Source: Thermoplasmata archaeon
GTDB lineage: Archaea > Thermoplasmatota > Thermoplasmata > Lutacidiplasmatales > UBA184
Assembly (NCBI GenBank): GCA_030039865.1
Contig: JASHUS010000205.1
Span: forward strand, 1-39,914
DNA: 39,914 bases
Direction of reading: 5' to 3'
The notes beneath the pieces were generated by a model. That model had not been told where the DNA came from and did no database searches. It saw only the letters and a program-made list of their open reading frames with translations. The position numbers were made by a program, and so were the translations under genes. Of this stretch, positions 24,448 through 32,520 are shown piece by piece. Each line of letters starts with the position of its first letter. Position 1 is the stretch's first letter.

Positions 24448-25678
24448 CGGGCGGCAGCGCCCCCGCGACGAGCTCGCGGTAGCGCGCGACCGTGAGGACG
24501 ACGAGCGCCACCGCGACCGCCCCGAAGAAGAGGTAGAGGCCGGGCTTCCCCAGGAGATCGTAGAGCCCGGACGACGCGAAGAGGCCAAGGATCATCCCGA
24601 GGGAGATCGTAAGGGAGTAGATCGCCATCGTCGTCGCCCGGCCGTACTCGCTCGTCAGGTCCGCGAGCGCGGCCAGCGCCGCCGGCCCGTAGGAGAGGGC
24701 CGCGATGACGCTGATCCCGATGCCGACGATCAGCGGGAGCTCGGCCCCGTAGGCGACGAGCAGGCTCGCGAAGAGCATGACCGCGACGAACCCGCCGGCC
24801 CCGATCGTCATCATCCGCATCCGCCCCGCCCGGTCGGCGAGCCGGCCGAAGAGCGGCTGCGTCACCACGAGGAGCGAGCCGGCGCCCGCGATCACGATCG
24901 CGAGGTAGACGTCGGAGATCCCGAGCCCCGCGGCCGACGTGGCGAGGAAGACGAGCGCCGTCCCGATCAGCATGTAGATCACGAGCCAGGGCAGCGTAAC
25001 GAGGAGCACGCTCCGACGGAACGCCGAGCGGACCACGGTCCGGACCGGGAGCCCCGGGGTCCCCGGCGCCACCGGCAGCCCCCGGGTGAGCCCGTAGGCG
25101 AGGAGGAGCCCCGCCGCGAGCGACGCGGCGCCGAGAAGGAAGGCGAACGCGAGCGAACGGTTCGCGACGATCCCGAGCAGGCCGAAGCCGAGCGCGAACC
25201 CCGCGATCCAGCCGAAGAGGTTCATCGCGTCGAATCGGCCCATCTCGAAGCCGACCTCGTCGGAGCGCGAGTGGCCGGCGACGATCGCGAGGCTCGGCGC
25301 GAGGATGGCGCCGCTCGCGATGCCGAACAGGAAGTTGAGCGCGCCGAGCGCGATGGGCGAGCGCGTGGTCGCGACCGCGACCAGGAGGAGCGCCGCGCCG
25401 CCCATTCCGAGGAAGAGGACCGGGAACCGTCCGTACCGGTCGGCGGCCGCGCCCGAGAGCAGCACGGTCGAGAACTCCCCGACCGACGCGAGGGCGCTCA
25501 CGACGCCCGCCTCGCCGACGTCGGCCTGGCCGAGGTTCGTCGAGCGCAGCAGGATGTAGCTCGCGAAGACCGCGATTGAGATCCCGAAGGCGAAGCGCAC
25601 GAAGAACGTCGCGCCGAAGACCGCGAGGAGCGGTCGGGAGTGTTCCCGCCCGACGGGCCCCCGCGCCGGTGCGTCCAC
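24428..25678 (-). CDS. MFS transporter
   Basis: 416 aa with 12 predicted TM helices and the loop 2-3 motif GAAADRYGRFP. GTG start. Its 3' end overlaps the convergent CDF gene by 20 nt. Confidence 0.85.
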   Translation of the reverse strand: MDAPARGPVGREHSRPLLAVFGATFFVRFAFGISIAVFASYILLRSTNLGQADVGEAGVVSALASVGEFSTVLLSGAAADRYGRFPVLFLGMGGAALLLVAVATTRSPIALGALNFLFGIASGAILAPSLAIVAGHSRSDEVGFEMGRFDAMNLFGWIAGFALGFGLLGIVANRSLAFAFLLGAASLAAGLLLAYGLTRGLPVAPGTPGLPVRTVVRSAFRRSVLLVTLPWLVIYMLIGTALVFLATSAAGLGISDVYLAIVIAGAGSLLVVTQPLFGRLADRAGRMRMMTIGAGGFVAVMLFASLLVAYGAELPLIVGIGISVIAALSYGPAALAALADLTSEYGRATTMAIYSLTISLGMILGLFASSGLYDLLGKPGLYLFFGAVAVALVVLTVARYRELVAGALPPVTTPVR

Positions 25679-25688
25679 GGTCCCGGGC

Positions 25689-26081
25689 CTACCCGGGGGC
25701 GGACGGCGCCCGCTCGATGAGCTCGATCCAGACGTCGTTCGGATCGAGGATGAACGCGATGCGCGACGAGCCGCCGCCGAGCCGGAACGGCTCCTTCGCG
25801 ACCCGCACGTTCTTCTCCCGGAGCTTGAGCAGGACCCGATCGAGCTCCGCGACCTCGAACGCCAGGTGGTCGAGCTGCTCGCCGGCCGGGAAGTCGTCCT
25901 TCCCGTCCCAGTGCGTGAGCTCGATCCGCGCCCCGCTCGCGGGGTCGCGGACGAACGCGATCTCCGCGTGGTTCTCGGGGATCGTCCGACGGCGCTCGAA
26001 CTCGAGCCCGAGCACGTCGGTGTAGAACGCGAGGCTCTCGTCCATGTGCCGCACCGTGATCGACGTGTGGAGGAACTTCAT
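25689..26081 (-). CDS. VOC-family protein (glyoxalase I / lactoylglutathione lyase-like)
   Basis: 130 aa. MKFLHTSITVRHMDESLAFYTDVLGL…IELTH…DHLAFEV…DPNDVWIELIE, a typical paired beta-alpha-beta-beta-beta pattern. Ends 10 nt upstream of the MFS start on the same strand. Confidence 0.8.
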   Translation of the reverse strand: MKFLHTSITVRHMDESLAFYTDVLGLEFERRRTIPENHAEIAFVRDPASGARIELTHWDGKDDFPAGEQLDHLAFEVAELDRVLLKLREKNVRVAKEPFRLGGGSSRIAFILDPNDVWIELIERAPSAPG

Positions 26082-26133
26082 CGCCGTGCGGTTCTAGCGA
26101 CGCTCGGGCGGGTAAAGTCTCGCTTGCTCGGGA

Positions 26134-27864
26134 CTAGGGGTGTCCGTAGACGACCCGCAGCGGGGTCGAGCCGGGCGCCCAGTCCCCGTCGACCCGGACG
26201 AACCCAACGCGCTCGAACTGGAGGATGTCGCGCGGCTGCGCCGCCGCGAGCGCCGCCTCGCCGATCCCGCCCGACCGGCCCCCCTCGGGCGAGAGTACCT
26301 CGACCGGGAGCGCGTCGGCCGCCGACACCCACTGGAGCCGAGGGAGACGCTGGTTGGGGCGGCTCGTGAACGTCGCGCGGATCGATCCGCCGGCTCCCGG
26401 GACCTCGGCCGGCAGGCGCACGTTGACGAGGTCCTTCAGGCGGACCTCCTCGCCCGGGTGGGCTGCGAGGTCCTTCGCGGCGAGGTAGAAGTCGGGCCCG
26501 GCGCGGACCGTGCGCCGTCCGAGCTCCGGCCGGTCCGGATGGTTCGCGAGCTCGACCGAAGCGAGCTCGAACGGGTAGCCGTCGACCCCGACCCGGACGG
26601 GATCGGCCACGAACGAACGGCGGACGGTCGTCGCATCGATCCGCTGGCGGTTCTCCGCGTAGAGCGTCTCCGCGGGCACCTCGATGTCGGCGAGGGAGAG
26701 GCCGAAGGAGAGCGTGAACGCCCGGAGGGCGTCCATCGAGATCCCCCGTCGATCGAGGGACCGCAGCGACCAGGTCCGCGGGTCGGCCCACCCGTCGTAC
26801 TCGCCGGACTTGACCTCGGCGTAGGACTTACTCTTCGAGACCTTGGCTTCGCGGACGCGCAGGATCCCCCAGTGGAGGAACGGCGGGCCGGTGACCCCGA
26901 GGAGGTCCCAGACGTACCGTTCGACGCGGTCCTCCATGACGAGGTCCTTGCCCCGCACGACGTGCGTCACGCCGAGCTCGACGTCGTCCACGACCCACGA
27001 GAACTCGAGGAGCGGCCAGACGCGGATCCGCTGCCCGACGCGCGGATGCACCTGGTCGCTGATCCGGAAGAGCACCCGGTCGCGGAACGCGGGGTCCGGG
27101 TCCGCGAGATCGGTGCGCAGGCGCAGCACCGCCTCGCCGGGACCGTAGCCGTTCCCGAGCATCTTCTCCCATTCCGTGAGCGTCTCCGCGACGGTCTGGG
27201 CACGCTCGGGACACGCCCGCCCGAGCCGACGATTCTCCCGCAGGAGCTCGGGCGGGCAGCGGCAGACGTACGCCCCGCCCTTTTCGATGACGCGCCGGGC
27301 CCACGGGTAGTGCGACGGGATCCGGTCGGACTTGTAGAGGACGCGATCCGGCCGCACCCCGGCGAGCTCGAGATCGCCGAGGATGAGGTCGAAGAACTCC
27401 GGCTCGACCCGCTTCTCCTCCGAGCCGATCGTGTCGTCGAAGACGAGGAGGAGCTCGCCGCCGTACCGCTCGTGGTAGTACTGGTTCACGAAGAGCATCC
27501 GGGCGCTCCCGATGTGGAGGCCCCCGCTCGGGAACGGCGCCATCCGCAGGCGCACCTTGCCCGGCACGGCCCCGGGGAGCTCGGGGAACGTTCCCCCTTC
27601 GTCGCGGGCCGGGCGGGGCGCCCCGGCCTCGGGACCTCCGCGGCGGACGAGCTCCTCCTCGAGCTCGGGCACCGGGCGGCCGGCGAGCTCCGCGACGACC
27701 TGCGACGCGAACGACCGGACCTCCTCCGCCCGCCGCCGCAGGGTCGGCTCGCTCGCCAGGATCCGGCTGACGACCGGGGCGACCTCGGCGACGCCCGCAT
27801 GCGCGACCGCGTTCTCGAGCGCGATCCGCCGCACCCGGTCCTCGACCCCCGGCGGGAGCGGCAC
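26134..27864 (-). CDS. gltX: Glutamyl-tRNA synthetase, archaeal type
   Basis: RMAPFPSGGLHIGSARM (HIGH-region), KVSKSK (KMSKS), RGKDLV, and an archaeal N-terminal ALENAVAHAG region. Start taken as GTG 27864, 24 nt after the upstream gene's TAA. The track ORF (to 28725) reads through the upstream gene in another frame. Confidence 0.92.
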   Translation of the reverse strand: MPLPPGVEDRVRRIALENAVAHAGVAEVAPVVSRILASEPTLRRRAEEVRSFASQVVAELAGRPVPELEEELVRRGGPEAGAPRPARDEGGTFPELPGAVPGKVRLRMAPFPSGGLHIGSARMLFVNQYYHERYGGELLLVFDDTIGSEEKRVEPEFFDLILGDLELAGVRPDRVLYKSDRIPSHYPWARRVIEKGGAYVCRCPPELLRENRRLGRACPERAQTVAETLTEWEKMLGNGYGPGEAVLRLRTDLADPDPAFRDRVLFRISDQVHPRVGQRIRVWPLLEFSWVVDDVELGVTHVVRGKDLVMEDRVERYVWDLLGVTGPPFLHWGILRVREAKVSKSKSYAEVKSGEYDGWADPRTWSLRSLDRRGISMDALRAFTLSFGLSLADIEVPAETLYAENRQRIDATTVRRSFVADPVRVGVDGYPFELASVELANHPDRPELGRRTVRAGPDFYLAAKDLAAHPGEEVRLKDLVNVRLPAEVPGAGGSIRATFTSRPNQRLPRLQWVSAADALPVEVLSPEGGRSGGIGEAALAAAQPRDILQFERVGFVRVDGDWAPGSTPLRVVYGHP

Positions 27865-27887
27865 GGGGCGCGCGACCGTTCTCGGGG

Positions 27888-28700
27888 TTAAAGGGATTCG
27901 CGCGGCGGGCCGGGCGGACGCGGGCCGCGGTACGCGGGGTTGCGCTCGATCGTCTCGATGACGGCTTCCGCGAGGGTGATCTCCCCGCGCAGGACCCGGT
28001 GCGCCGAGGTGCGCGAGATCGTCACCCGGCCGTCGCTGCCCTCGCGGCTCAGTCGCTGGAGGTTGGCGATCTCCCCCGGGGTGTACGACTCCGGGATCGG
28101 CTCCCGGACGACGAGCCCGCGGCCGCGGGCGATCTCGCGGGCGGCCGCGGCGTCGCGCGGGCGGCGTCGCCCCCGGGGCGTCGTGCCCTGCTCGTCGACG
28201 AGTTCGACCGTTCGCTGGTGAGCGAGGAGCGCGTTGACGATTCGATTCCGAGCCGGGGGGTCTCCTGTCCCGACGCGGAAGACGACGCGACGGGTCTCGA
28301 ACCGGTGGCGCAAGTGCTTCGCGAAGACGCCCGCAGCCTCGGGCGAGTCGAGGTTCCCCTGACCGATCACGGAGGCGCCGGCGAGGATCGCGTAGCCCGG
28401 CCGGGGACCGGGATCGATCCCGACGACGATCTCCTCCTCCGCCGAGCTCGGTCCGAGGGCGTGCTCCACCGCGGCGCCGAGCGCCCGTCGATCGATCCCT
28501 TCCGAGACGGCGATGACGTTCGAATGGGCGATCGAGGGAGCTTCCGCCGGTGACGTGAGCACGATGGCGACGCTCTCGGGGATCCGGTCCCCGGGAAAAA
28601 GGCTCACCGTGGGCCAGCGTCGGTCTCGGAGAAGTCCCGCCAGCTCGTGATAGAGCGACGGGTCCCGAGTGACGAGTGCGACCGACCGACGTGCCACCAT
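27888..28700 (-). CDS. Conserved-looking hypothetical protein with an RNase H-fold (RuvC/YqgF-like) central domain
   Basis: 270 aa. IVVGIDPGPRPGYAILAG… is the GIDPG signature of RuvC/YqgF-like folds. The C-terminal region is helix-turn-helix-like. The family assignment is tentative. Confidence 0.5.
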   Translation of the reverse strand: MVARRSVALVTRDPSLYHELAGLLRDRRWPTVSLFPGDRIPESVAIVLTSPAEAPSIAHSNVIAVSEGIDRRALGAAVEHALGPSSAEEEIVVGIDPGPRPGYAILAGASVIGQGNLDSPEAAGVFAKHLRHRFETRRVVFRVGTGDPPARNRIVNALLAHQRTVELVDEQGTTPRGRRRPRDAAAAREIARGRGLVVREPIPESYTPGEIANLQRLSREGSDGRVTISRTSAHRVLRGEITLAEAVIETIERNPAYRGPRPPGPPRESL

Positions 28701-28711
28701 GGTACCTGACG

Positions 28712-29089
28712 ATGATATACGGCATTAACCTTCGCCCCCACGTGCCCGTCTGTCTCCACTGCGGCGAGCTCGCTCCGGAAGGGGCGCTCTTCTGCGCGAA
28801 GTGCGGCTACACGCTTCCCCAGGTCGACGCCCCCGGCGCGGCTCCGGCGCCTGCCCTCCCGGCCCCGCCTCCTTCGATGCCGGGGGCGGCGCCGCCTCCT
28901 CCGCCCCCCGCGCCGACGAGCGCGAGCGCGTTCGTCCCGATCGCGACCCCAGCGTACCTCGTCGCGATCCCGCCGGGCGCCACGGGACCGATCCCGCCGC
29001 CGCCGAGCGGCAAGTACTGCGTCCACTGCCGGACGATCATCGCCCGTGCGGCGGCCTACTGCCCGGTCTGCCAGCAGCCGCAACCGTGA
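28712..29089 (+). CDS. Double zinc-ribbon protein with a Pro/Ala-rich linker
   Basis: CLHCG…CAKCG at the N-terminus and CVHC…CPVC at the C-terminus. ATG at 28712. Alternative starts are GTG 28676 (track) and GTG 28742; the latter lies 27 nt downstream of an ATATAC box (28715-28720) and would give MPVCLHCGE…. Confidence 0.6.
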   Translation: MIYGINLRPHVPVCLHCGELAPEGALFCAKCGYTLPQVDAPGAAPAPALPAPPPSMPGAAPPPPPPAPTSASAFVPIATPAYLVAIPPGATGPIPPPPSGKYCVHCRTIIARAAAYCPVCQQPQP

Positions 29090-29535
29090 CGACGCGCGGC
29101 CGCCGGGGACGACGCACCGGCGCGATGGTCCGGATCGCCCGGACCCGTGTCTCGGACCTCTTCGCGCTCGCCGAGCGGGAGGCCGCGGGCGGGGACTTGG
29201 CGCTCGCCGACCGCTACGTGCTCCTCGCGCGCCGCGTGAGCACCCGCTACAACGTCCGTCTTCCGCGAACGTACGGCGAGCTGTACTGCCGAGGCTGCTC
29301 GGCGTTCTGGGTCGAGGGCCGCACGGTCCGGACCCGCCTGCGGTCCGGACGGCGGGTCCGGACGTGCCTCAAGTGCGGGCGGGCCCGGCGCGCCCCGCTC
29401 GCCCCGGCTCGATTGTCGACGGTCCCGGCGCCCGGCCGGGGGTCGGAAGGCATCGAGCGGGAGGAGGGGGCGCTCTCGTTCGTCCTCCCCGAGGAAGAGT
29501 CGGAGCTCGCCGACGAGGAATCGGAAGAGGAATAA
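29086..29535 (+). CDS. rnp4: RNase P protein component 4 (Rpp21/Rpr2)
   Basis: …RIARTRVSDLFALAEREA…LADRYVLLARRVSTRYNVRLPRTYGELYCRGCSAFWVEGRTVRTRLR…RTCLKCG is the Rpp21 helical N-domain plus zinc ribbon. GTG 29086 overlaps the preceding TGA (GTGA) and supplies the usual basic N-terminus (TTRGRRGRR). The alternative start is ATG 29125. The C-terminal tail is acidic. Confidence 0.85.
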   Translation: MTTRGRRGRRTGAMVRIARTRVSDLFALAEREAAGGDLALADRYVLLARRVSTRYNVRLPRTYGELYCRGCSAFWVEGRTVRTRLRSGRRVRTCLKCGRARRAPLAPARLSTVPAPGRGSEGIEREEGALSFVLPEEESELADEESEEE

Positions 29536-29536
29536 C
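29531..29536 (+). promoter_or_regulatory. Possible TATA-like box for tRNA-Leu
   Basis: AATAAC lies 27-32 nt upstream of 29563 and overlaps the rnp4 stop codon. Confidence 0.3.
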
Positions 29537-29562
29537 CCCCATTGACACCTCGCCGACGACGC

Positions 29563-29645
29563 GCCGGGGTGGCCGAGCGGCCAAAGGCGGCAGACTCAAG
29601 ATCTGCTCTCGCAGGAGTTCCCAGGTTCGAATCCTGGCCCCGGCA
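29563..29645 (+). tRNA. tRNA-Leu (anticodon CAA), long variable arm, CCA not encoded
   Basis: GCCGGGGTGGCCGAGCGGCCAAAGGCGGCAGACTCAAGATCTGCTCTCGCAGGAGTTCCCAGGTTCGAATCCTGGCCCCGGCA. Acceptor GCCGGGG/CCCCGGC, anticodon stem GCAGA/TCTGC with loop CTCAAGA, T arm CCAGG-TTCGAAT-CCTGG. Confidence 0.95.
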
Positions 29646-29738
29646 CATGAACCCTCCCCTGGGCGTCGCCGAACGGAATCCTTCCGGGGCCCTCGGCGCC
29701 CTCCGCGAGTTCGATCTTCGCTCGGGGAAGCATCGTCT

Positions 29739-30008
29739 CTAAAGTCCGTAGGCTTCGTCGTGGTGGGCCAATCTTAGCAAACGCACTACCTGTTGTTTGA
29801 GCAAAGGTTCGAAGAGCAGAACATACGATCCTGCGACGTGCACTCGGCGCACTCCTTGAAGGGGGGCATGCAGGGGCTTGTAATGGAGAGGGTTCCGGAG
29901 AATTTGGTCCACCTTGGTTTCGACAGCGCGTTTGAATCCGGCGTTGCGTGCGCAGAGCTTCCGGTAGTCACGCTCGAACTCAGGGGAGACCTCCAGGTCC
30001 CAGCTCAC
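29739..30008 (-). CDS. RelE/ParE-family type II toxin
   Basis: 89 aa. …PEFERDYRKL…ILRNPLHYKPLHAPLQGVRRVHVAGSYVLLFEP…VVRLLRLAHHDEAY follows the RelE/ParE pattern (NP…k.L.g.l.g..R.rvG.Yr….v.i..v.hR..aY). Confidence 0.8.
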   Translation of the reverse strand: MSWDLEVSPEFERDYRKLCARNAGFKRAVETKVDQILRNPLHYKPLHAPLQGVRRVHVAGSYVLLFEPLLKQQVVRLLRLAHHDEAYGL

Positions 30009-30241
30009 CGCGACTCACCAAAGACTTCGTTCAGGGATCGGATCTTCCGAAACTTACCCTTCCGGATCCGCTGGAGGTCTGCTGCGAAATCGGGCCGGAG
30101 GGCCGGGTCGAGGATTGTCTCCTCATAGGCGGCGACGATACTCTCGAGTGCCTCCGACTTGCCCTTGAGTCCGTCTCGGGCCTTGACCACATTGACGACG
30201 CGATTAGCGTGCTCCGAGAGCTCCACGACAGCCTTGGGCAT
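30005..30241 (-). CDS. Cognate antitoxin (DUF2683-like archaeal antitoxin)
   Basis: MPKAVVELSEHANRVVNVVKARDGLKGKSEALESIV…. Its stop overlaps the toxin start by 4 nt. ATG 30241 lies about 30-36 nt downstream of CTTATAT (minus strand, 30271-30277). The track ORF extends to 30292. Confidence 0.65.
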   Translation of the reverse strand: MPKAVVELSEHANRVVNVVKARDGLKGKSEALESIVAAYEETILDPALRPDFAADLQRIRKGKFRKIRSLNEVFGESR

Positions 30242-30270
30242 AATCCAACGTAACTCCATGTAACGTCGAG

Positions 30271-30277
30271 ATATAAG
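30271..30277 (-). promoter_or_regulatory. TATA box upstream of the antitoxin-toxin operon
   Basis: CTTATAT (minus strand) lies 30-36 nt upstream of the ATG at 30241. Confidence 0.4.
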
Positions 30278-30368
30278 AGCTATAGGTCCCACGTGCCGTG
30301 TCCAAGAGCGACTGCGGTTAGCGAGGAGATTTTCGCTCGAGTCACGTTCTCGGATTCGATCTTTCCTG

Positions 30369-30386
30369 CGAAGCCTGGCCCCGGCA
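30369..30386 (+). repeat. Direct repeat of the tRNA-Leu 3' end (att-like)
   Basis: CGAAGCCTGGCCCCGGCA versus CGAATCCTGGCCCCGGCA at 29628..29645 (T loop, T stem, acceptor 3' strand and discriminator). 17/18 identical, same orientation. Confidence 0.8.
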
Positions 30387-30438
30387 TGCGGACGGCGAAC
30401 CGAACGGAGTTGTGCGGGGACGCCCTACGCGGATCCGG

Positions 30439-31362
30439 TCATCGCGGACCGGCGAGAAATCGTCCCACCGCCTCGGTCACCTGCTCGCGGCACGTGAAGA
30501 CCAAGTCGTCGTGGGTTCCCGGCAGGTTCACGATCTCCACGTTCCGGATCTCGCGCCGTATCCTCTCAATGGACTTTTCCCGCCACGGTGCGATGTACGT
30601 CCGATTCCATTCGAGATTCTCGGCGATCCAGCCCGGGTCACCGCGCTGGACGTCCTCGAACGACGCGGAGAATATCGCGAGTGCGGGCGCGCGGATCTTG
30701 GCATAGTCCCGGGGCTCGGCCATCGCCGCGACGAACGCGGGACGAATTCCCTCCCGAGCGATCATCCGAACGGTTCCGTCGGGCTGGATCTCGATGTCCT
30801 CTCGCATCCAGGCTTCGGTACGGCGCTGGTCCTCCACGCCGGGCAGCAAGGCGCGGGCGTACGATCGGAATGCGTCCCACGACGTCAACGCGCTCGCCGG
30901 CCACCCGGCCTGCAAGTGGGGCGGGAAGGCCCGGATCGCCGCGGCGAACTCGGGGTCGGCCATGTCGTACGCCGCATCCAAGTACACGACGCGGTCAACG
31001 CGCTCCGGGTACGTGCCCGCCAGGCGAGTGATCTCGTTGCCTCCCATGGAATGGCCCACGAGATGGGCGCGAGCGATCCCCAGTTCGTCCATGAGTCCAC
31101 GGAGGTCGTCGGTCAAGGTCTCCGTGTCGCACGGTTCCTTCGCTTCCGAACGACCGTGACCTCGCCGCGCGTACGCGACGACCCGAAAACGATCGGCGAA
31201 GACGGGGGCTAGGTCGTCGAAATAGTGGGGATTCTGGCCCGCCCCGTGAAGGAAGATCAGCGCGGGCCCGGAACCGCCCCAGTCGAGATAGTTCAACCGG
31301 ACGCCGTTGACGCTCGCGTAGCCCGTTTTGTGCGCGGCAGGATCGGACCAGACGTCCGGCAT
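30439..31362 (-). CDS. Alpha/beta-fold hydrolase
   Basis: ALIFLHGAGQ (oxyanion HG), nucleophile elbow GHSMGG, and a C-terminal GTHDD (His). ATG 31362 inside ORF 30439..31527, whose upstream 55 aa are Arg-rich. Confidence 0.85.
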   Translation of the reverse strand: MPDVWSDPAAHKTGYASVNGVRLNYLDWGGSGPALIFLHGAGQNPHYFDDLAPVFADRFRVVAYARRGHGRSEAKEPCDTETLTDDLRGLMDELGIARAHLVGHSMGGNEITRLAGTYPERVDRVVYLDAAYDMADPEFAAAIRAFPPHLQAGWPASALTSWDAFRSYARALLPGVEDQRRTEAWMREDIEIQPDGTVRMIAREGIRPAFVAAMAEPRDYAKIRAPALAIFSASFEDVQRGDPGWIAENLEWNRTYIAPWREKSIERIRREIRNVEIVNLPGTHDDLVFTCREQVTEAVGRFLAGPR

Positions 31363-31669
31363 CCTACGGGCTCCCGACAGCGTGGAACTGCGGGTTCGGT
31401 GGGAAGTCTCGCGTCCTCTCGAGGAATGATGCCTCGCCCGTCCCGGGGGCGCAAGACCATGACCGCGACGCGGCCCGAGCTTCGCGATCAGGATCCGCCC
31501 GGTCGCTCGGGGCCATCGAGTTCGCATCGGACCCGGACTTAAAGGGACTTTTCTCGCTCCTCACGGCACTGCGATTCTGGGACCGGCGACCGTGCGCCGA
31601 GGAACCGAGCCGCGCGCGCTGCGACGAGCGGGGGGGACGTGCACGTCTATCGCGGGCGGGCCCGCCGGA

Positions 31670-32086
31670 TCACCGGGGTATCCGCAGGGGTTCTCTCCCG
31701 AGAAACATCGTAGATCGATCGACGAAGCAGAACTTGTTCCCGAAGGGATCCTTGGCGTAGAACGAGCGCTCCCCCCAGGGCTGGATCTCGATCGGACTGA
31801 GGTCCTCGGCCCCGAGGTCCGTGGCCTTCCGATGAGCGGCCTCCAGGTTTCGGACGCCGAAGTAGATGTGATCCGGGTTGGGACCCAGATCGAAGTCGTC
31901 GGTATCCGCCCGGGGATCGAAGCACGCGAGGATGGTCCCGTCGCAGTCGAAGTAGTGACGCCCCGGGGTGACCCGCACGCCGGGCATTCCGAGGAGCTTC
32001 GCGTAGAACTTCGCGGCCCGGTCGATGTCCGTAACGGGAAGTATCACCCGGAAGAGTTTCGGAGTGTCGCGGGTGGATCGGCCCAT
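31670..32086 (-). CDS. VOC/glyoxalase-family protein
   Basis: 138 aa. FRVILPVTDIDRAAKFYAKLLG…HIYFGV…ERSFYAKDPFGNKFCFVD. Confidence 0.75.
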   Translation of the reverse strand: MGRSTRDTPKLFRVILPVTDIDRAAKFYAKLLGMPGVRVTPGRHYFDCDGTILACFDPRADTDDFDLGPNPDHIYFGVRNLEAAHRKATDLGAEDLSPIEIQPWGERSFYAKDPFGNKFCFVDRSTMFLGREPLRIPR

Positions 32087-32221
32087 AGCGCGGCATCGAA
32101 CCCCGGCCCAAAAGTTCCTCGGCCGTGCCGGACGCCGAGCTGCGCTGGCGAAGGTACGGTCGGTCGCTACCGGCCCGCCGCCGGTCGCGGTTCCTTGAGT
32201 GCGATACCCCTGCTCGGTGCG

Positions 32222-32458
32222 TCAGTCGCGCGTCTGCGCGATGCTGGCCATCGCGTACGCGTCTTTCTCCGCGTCGGTCAGATCCCGCATGTGGACGGAC
32301 ACGGTGACGGTGCCCGTGAGCCGGATCGCCAGATGGCTGTCGCCGAGCGTCAAGGTGAGACCCTGCAGATGCAAGTCCAATTGGCTCTGCTTGTCCGATA
32401 GCGCCTTGACGAAGTCCTCGACCATCCCATGGGTTCCTGCCTCTCCCTCCGTCGACAT
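32222..32458 (-). CDS. Small hypothetical protein (78 aa)
   Basis: C-terminal part of ORF 32222..32887, from the ATG at 32458: MSTEGEAGTHGMVEDFVKALSDKQSQLDLHLQGLTLTLGDSHLAIRLTGTVTVSVHMRDLTDAEKDAYAMASIAQTRD. Lies 62 nt downstream of the PhoU-like gene on the same strand. No family recognised. Confidence 0.45.
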   Translation of the reverse strand: MSTEGEAGTHGMVEDFVKALSDKQSQLDLHLQGLTLTLGDSHLAIRLTGTVTVSVHMRDLTDAEKDAYAMASIAQTRD

Positions 32459-32520
32459 CGAGCGCCTCGAATCCCGGAGGGCGCTCGGGGATTTCAACCC
32501 TCGGGCGGCGGCCGAGCGAA

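Larger units (their letters stand above)
29646..30386. mobile_element. Candidate remnant or miniature integrated cassette at tRNA-Leu carrying only a RelE/antitoxin pair
   Basis: Bounded by the tRNA-Leu 3' end and its 18-nt direct repeat. The interior is visibly A/T-richer than the flanks. No integrase. Confidence 0.5.

Noticed and set aside
26134-28725. 863-aa ORF that extends GluRS upstream
   Set aside because: The portion upstream of 27864 is Arg/Pro-rich and overlaps the 27888..28700 gene in another frame. The GluRS N-terminal homology begins right after GTG 27864.
31364-31669. 66-aa ORF (31364..31564, minus) and the 55-aa N-terminal extension of the hydrolase (to 31527) in the hydrolase/VOC spacer
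   Set aside because: Their composition is Arg/Ser/Pro-rich with no motifs. The hydrolase homology starts at MPDVWSD (31362). A CCCTTTAAG box at about 31533-31544 suggests the region is 5' UTR.
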